Assembly: GCF_000185985.2 (NCBI RefSeq)
Contig: NC_014909.2
Coordinates: forward strand, 60,001 to 92,000
Length of the DNA stretch: 32,000 bases
Direction: 5' to 3'
DNA from: Candidatus Saccharimonadota bacterium
GTDB taxonomy: Bacteria > Pseudomonadota > Gammaproteobacteria > Enterobacterales > Enterobacteriaceae
Part shown: positions 29,910 through 32,000 of the stretch, one piece after another
Layout of the letters: each line of letters starts with the position of its first letter
How positions within the stretch are numbered: the stretch's first letter is position 1
Notes under the pieces: model-generated
Seen by the model: only the letters and a program-made list of their open reading frames with translations
Databases searched by the model: none
Told to the model about the DNA's origin: nothing
Position numbers and translations under genes: made by a program

Positions 29910-30088
29910 TTACAATGCACAACTATAGTTAAAATAGTGGTAGTTTTGATTGTGATTTATTTCTATAATTGTTAAGTCAAGGTTGTTTTATTATTTATTT
30001 TGAAAATAAAGAGGAATTTGATTTTTTTCATGTAAAAACGGTTTATGTTAGAAGTGTGATTGAATGTATTATTAATATAATTACTTAA
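29910..30088 (+). pseudogene. hfq: Probable decayed relic of hfq (no start codon, in-frame stop, frameshift, indels)
   Basis: It sits exactly where hfq lies in E. coli (miaA-hfq-hflX). The frame from 29910 reads LQCTTIVKIVVVLIVIYFYNC*, compared with Hfq [23 protein letters not shown]. The shifted frame from 29972 reads LSQGCFIIYFENKEEFDFFHVKTVYVRSVIECII, compared with [33 protein letters not shown]. DNA-level matches include gaggaatttgattttttt vs GAGTCTTTTGATCAGTTC and aaaaacggttta vs AAAAACACGGTC...GGTTTA. Confidence 0.45.
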
Positions 30089-30242
30089 AAATAAATATTT
30101 TGATCGAATAAGTAAAATTAACTGATGTATAAGTGCAAATATTGTAAATAATAACTTTTGAAAATTGAATTAATAAAATAGTTGAGGTTTTTAGATAAAA
30201 TTTGAATTTTTATTATTGATATAATGATGTGGATAGTGCTAT

Positions 30243-31529
30243 TTGATAACAGTAAATAAAATAAACAAAAATGCTATATTAGTGTATGTAGTACTTTCTA
30301 AATCAGAAGATATACCTTGGAATATAAAAGAGTTATTAGATTTAGCATATTCTTCTGACATTCAAGTATTGGATACTTTACTTGTAAAAAATTTAAGAAT
30401 AGTTAATTCTAAATATTTTATCAGCAAGGGAAAAATATTAGAGCTTGAATCGAAGATTAAAGAGAATTTAGCATCTGTTGTATTGTTTAGTTGTATTTTA
30501 TCCCCCAATCAAGAACGTAACTTAGTTAAGTTATTCGGTTGTAAAGTGATAGACAGAAATCAGCTGATTCTTAATATTTTTGCTGATCGTGCTCGTACGT
30601 ACGAAGGTAAATTACAAGTACAATTAGCACAGTTACGTTATTTAAATTCTCGTTTAACTCATGAGTGGAATCATTTAGAGCGTCAAAAAGGAGGAATTGG
30701 GGTAAGAGGTGGGCCAGGAGAAATGCAGTTAGAAAATGATCGTCGTTTATTGAGTAAACGTATATTTCGGGTTTTATCGGATTTAAAAAAAATAGAGAAT
30801 CAAAGAAAACAAAATAGACGTCATAGAGTAAAGATTGGTATTCCTACTATTTCTTTAGTAGGTTATACTAATGTTGGAAAATCTACTTTATTTAATATTA
30901 TGACATCTGCGCACGTTGATACAGCTAAAAAATTATTTGTTACTCTTGATCCGACATTTAGAAGGATTGGGAAAAGAAAGAAGTCAAGCGCTATACTAGT
31001 CGATACAGTAGGTTTTATTCAAAATTTACCGAAAGATTTAATAACTTCTTTTAAATCTACATTACAAGAAACGGTAGAATCAACTTTATTATTACATGTG
31101 GTAGATGTGTCTAGTAACAAAATTAATCAACATATCAAGACAGTGAATGATATTTTAAGAGAAATAAATATTAAAAATATCCCTGTTCTTTTAATTATGA
31201 ATAAAATTGATTTGATAGATAAAATAGAACCTCATATTGATCGTAATTTTGATGGGAGACCGATTCGAGTGTGGTTATCTGCTCATAATAGAGTAGGTAT
31301 AGATTTATTAAATAAAGCTATTGATGAGTTATTGCCTAATAATATGGTTTCTTATAAATTAATGGTACCAATAAATAGTAGTTTATATCAGAAATTATAT
31401 AAATTACAAGCGGTCACTCGATTTTATCATGGTAATGAAAATATGGCGAAATTAAAAGTAGATTTATCTTTTGAGGATTGGAATTATTTAACAAAATGTC
31501 ATGGTTCTTTACATGATTATATTGTGTGA
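30243..31529 (+). CDS. hflX: GTPase HflX (TTG start)
   Basis: 428-aa ORF. RARTYEGKLQVQLAQLRYL, HLERQKGGIGVRGGPGEMQLENDRR, VGYTNVGKSTLFN, DTVGFIQNLP and LIMNKIDL are present. The N-terminal spacing to AILVYVV equals that of E. coli MFDRYDAGEQAVLVHIY. An in-frame TAG at 30234-30236 excludes any upstream ATG. Confidence 0.94.
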   Translation: MITVNKINKNAILVYVVLSKSEDIPWNIKELLDLAYSSDIQVLDTLLVKNLRIVNSKYFISKGKILELESKIKENLASVVLFSCILSPNQERNLVKLFGCKVIDRNQLILNIFADRARTYEGKLQVQLAQLRYLNSRLTHEWNHLERQKGGIGVRGGPGEMQLENDRRLLSKRIFRVLSDLKKIENQRKQNRRHRVKIGIPTISLVGYTNVGKSTLFNIMTSAHVDTAKKLFVTLDPTFRRIGKRKKSSAILVDTVGFIQNLPKDLITSFKSTLQETVESTLLLHVVDVSSNKINQHIKTVNDILREINIKNIPVLLIMNKIDLIDKIEPHIDRNFDGRPIRVWLSAHNRVGIDLLNKAIDELLPNNMVSYKLMVPINSSLYQKLYKLQAVTRFYHGNENMAKLKVDLSFEDWNYLTKCHGSLHDYIV

Positions 31530-31578
31530 TCAGTTGTATCAAACAGTATAAATAGTTATTAAATTATTAGGGTGACAA

Positions 31579-32000
31579 ATGATGTGTAATTATTTTTGTG
31601 ATGGTTGTAAATGTATACGTAAATTTTGGTATAATTATATGCACAGTAATTTAATGATTAATTTTTTGATTAAAAATAAAAAAAGATTGAAATTTAATAT
31701 TTTTGATATATTTAAGTATTTAAATAAAATGATTTACACTTCTAATGAGTTTACTACTTATAATAATGATGATAAAGAATTTCCTAAAAATATATCGCCT
31801 TTAGTGATTGTTAGTATTATTGTTATAGTTATTGTTTTATGGGCTATGAGTGGATTTTATACTATTAAAGAAGCAGAAAGGGGAGTAATTTTAAGGTTTG
31901 GAAAATATCATCATTTAGTACAGCCTGGGTTAAACTGGAGGCCTAGTTTAATAGATTATGTCATACCTGTCAATGTTGAATCAGTGCGTGAATTAGCGGC
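31579..32000 (+). CDS. hflK: HflK (FtsH modulator), 5' part; runs off the window end
   Basis: The frame is open from ATG 31579 (Shine-Dalgarno-like agggtg at 31569-31574) to the window edge. It reads ...NIFDIFKYLNKMI...LVIVSIIVIVIVLWAMSGFYTIKEAERGVILRFGKYHHLVQPGLNWRPSLIDYVIPVNVESVRELA. This is colinear with E. coli HflK ...DLDDIFRKLSKKL...IWAASGFYTIKESERGVVTRFGKFSHLVEPGLNWKPTFIDEVKPVNVEAVRELA. It is absent from the ORF track because no stop codon falls in the window. Confidence 0.92.
   Translation, partial: MMCNYFCDGCKCIRKFWYNYMHSNLMINFLIKNKKRLKFNIFDIFKYLNKMIYTSNEFTTYNNDDKEFPKNISPLVIVSIIVIVIVLWAMSGFYTIKEAERGVILRFGKYHHLVQPGLNWRPSLIDYVIPVNVESVRELA

Noticed and set aside
31579-31617. A cysteine cluster at the HflK N-terminus (MMCNYFCDGCKC), reminiscent of a metal-binding motif.
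   Set aside because: E. coli HflK has a Gly-rich disordered N-terminus here. GGT-to-TGT drift under AT pressure explains the Cys enrichment, and the region is not conserved. There is no support for a functional site from this sequence alone.

Overview
This is an AT-rich chromosome segment from a reduced-genome gammaproteobacterial (Enterobacterales-derived) insect endosymbiont. Spacers are almost pure A/T and groESL is visibly GC-richer. Proteins and gene order look Blochmannia-like, but I cannot confirm the taxon without a database search. The content is housekeeping genes in E. coli-like micro-synteny. In order: rnpB, a DedA-family gene, ileX-type tRNA, rpoD-dnaG-rpsU, tsaD, plsY, folB, cca, hldE, ubiK, ribB, plsC, metC, tRNA-Phe, cutA, groES-groEL, efp, mscM(yjeP)-psd, orn, tRNA-Gly, tsaE-amiB, miaA, hflX and the 5' part of hflK. 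That is 25 protein genes (one frameshifted, one truncated by the window edge), 3 tRNAs and RNase P RNA. I found no CRISPR array, mobile element, defence or toxin system or secondary-metabolite cluster, and I do not see a convincing undescribed multi-gene system. What stands out is genome-erosion biology and a few unexplained structures: (1) essential dnaG is split by a frameshift inside an A9 run upstream of its zinc finger, and one extra A restores it; (2) a perfect 27-bp-stem, 4-nt-loop palindrome sits in frame inside the mscM coding sequence; (3) a decayed hfq relic lies in the miaA-hflX spacer; (4) gene-sized or short empty spacers sit where E. coli carries uppP, rsgA, nnr and mutL; (5) a textbook sigma-32 promoter survives as a GC island upstream of groES; (6) all three tRNA genes lack an encoded CCA, while cca is kept with a mutated HD dyad; (7) long perfect hairpins lie at plsC/metC, psd/mscM and downstream of groEL. 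All homology statements come from reading the translations against remembered E. coli sequences, and no searches were run.
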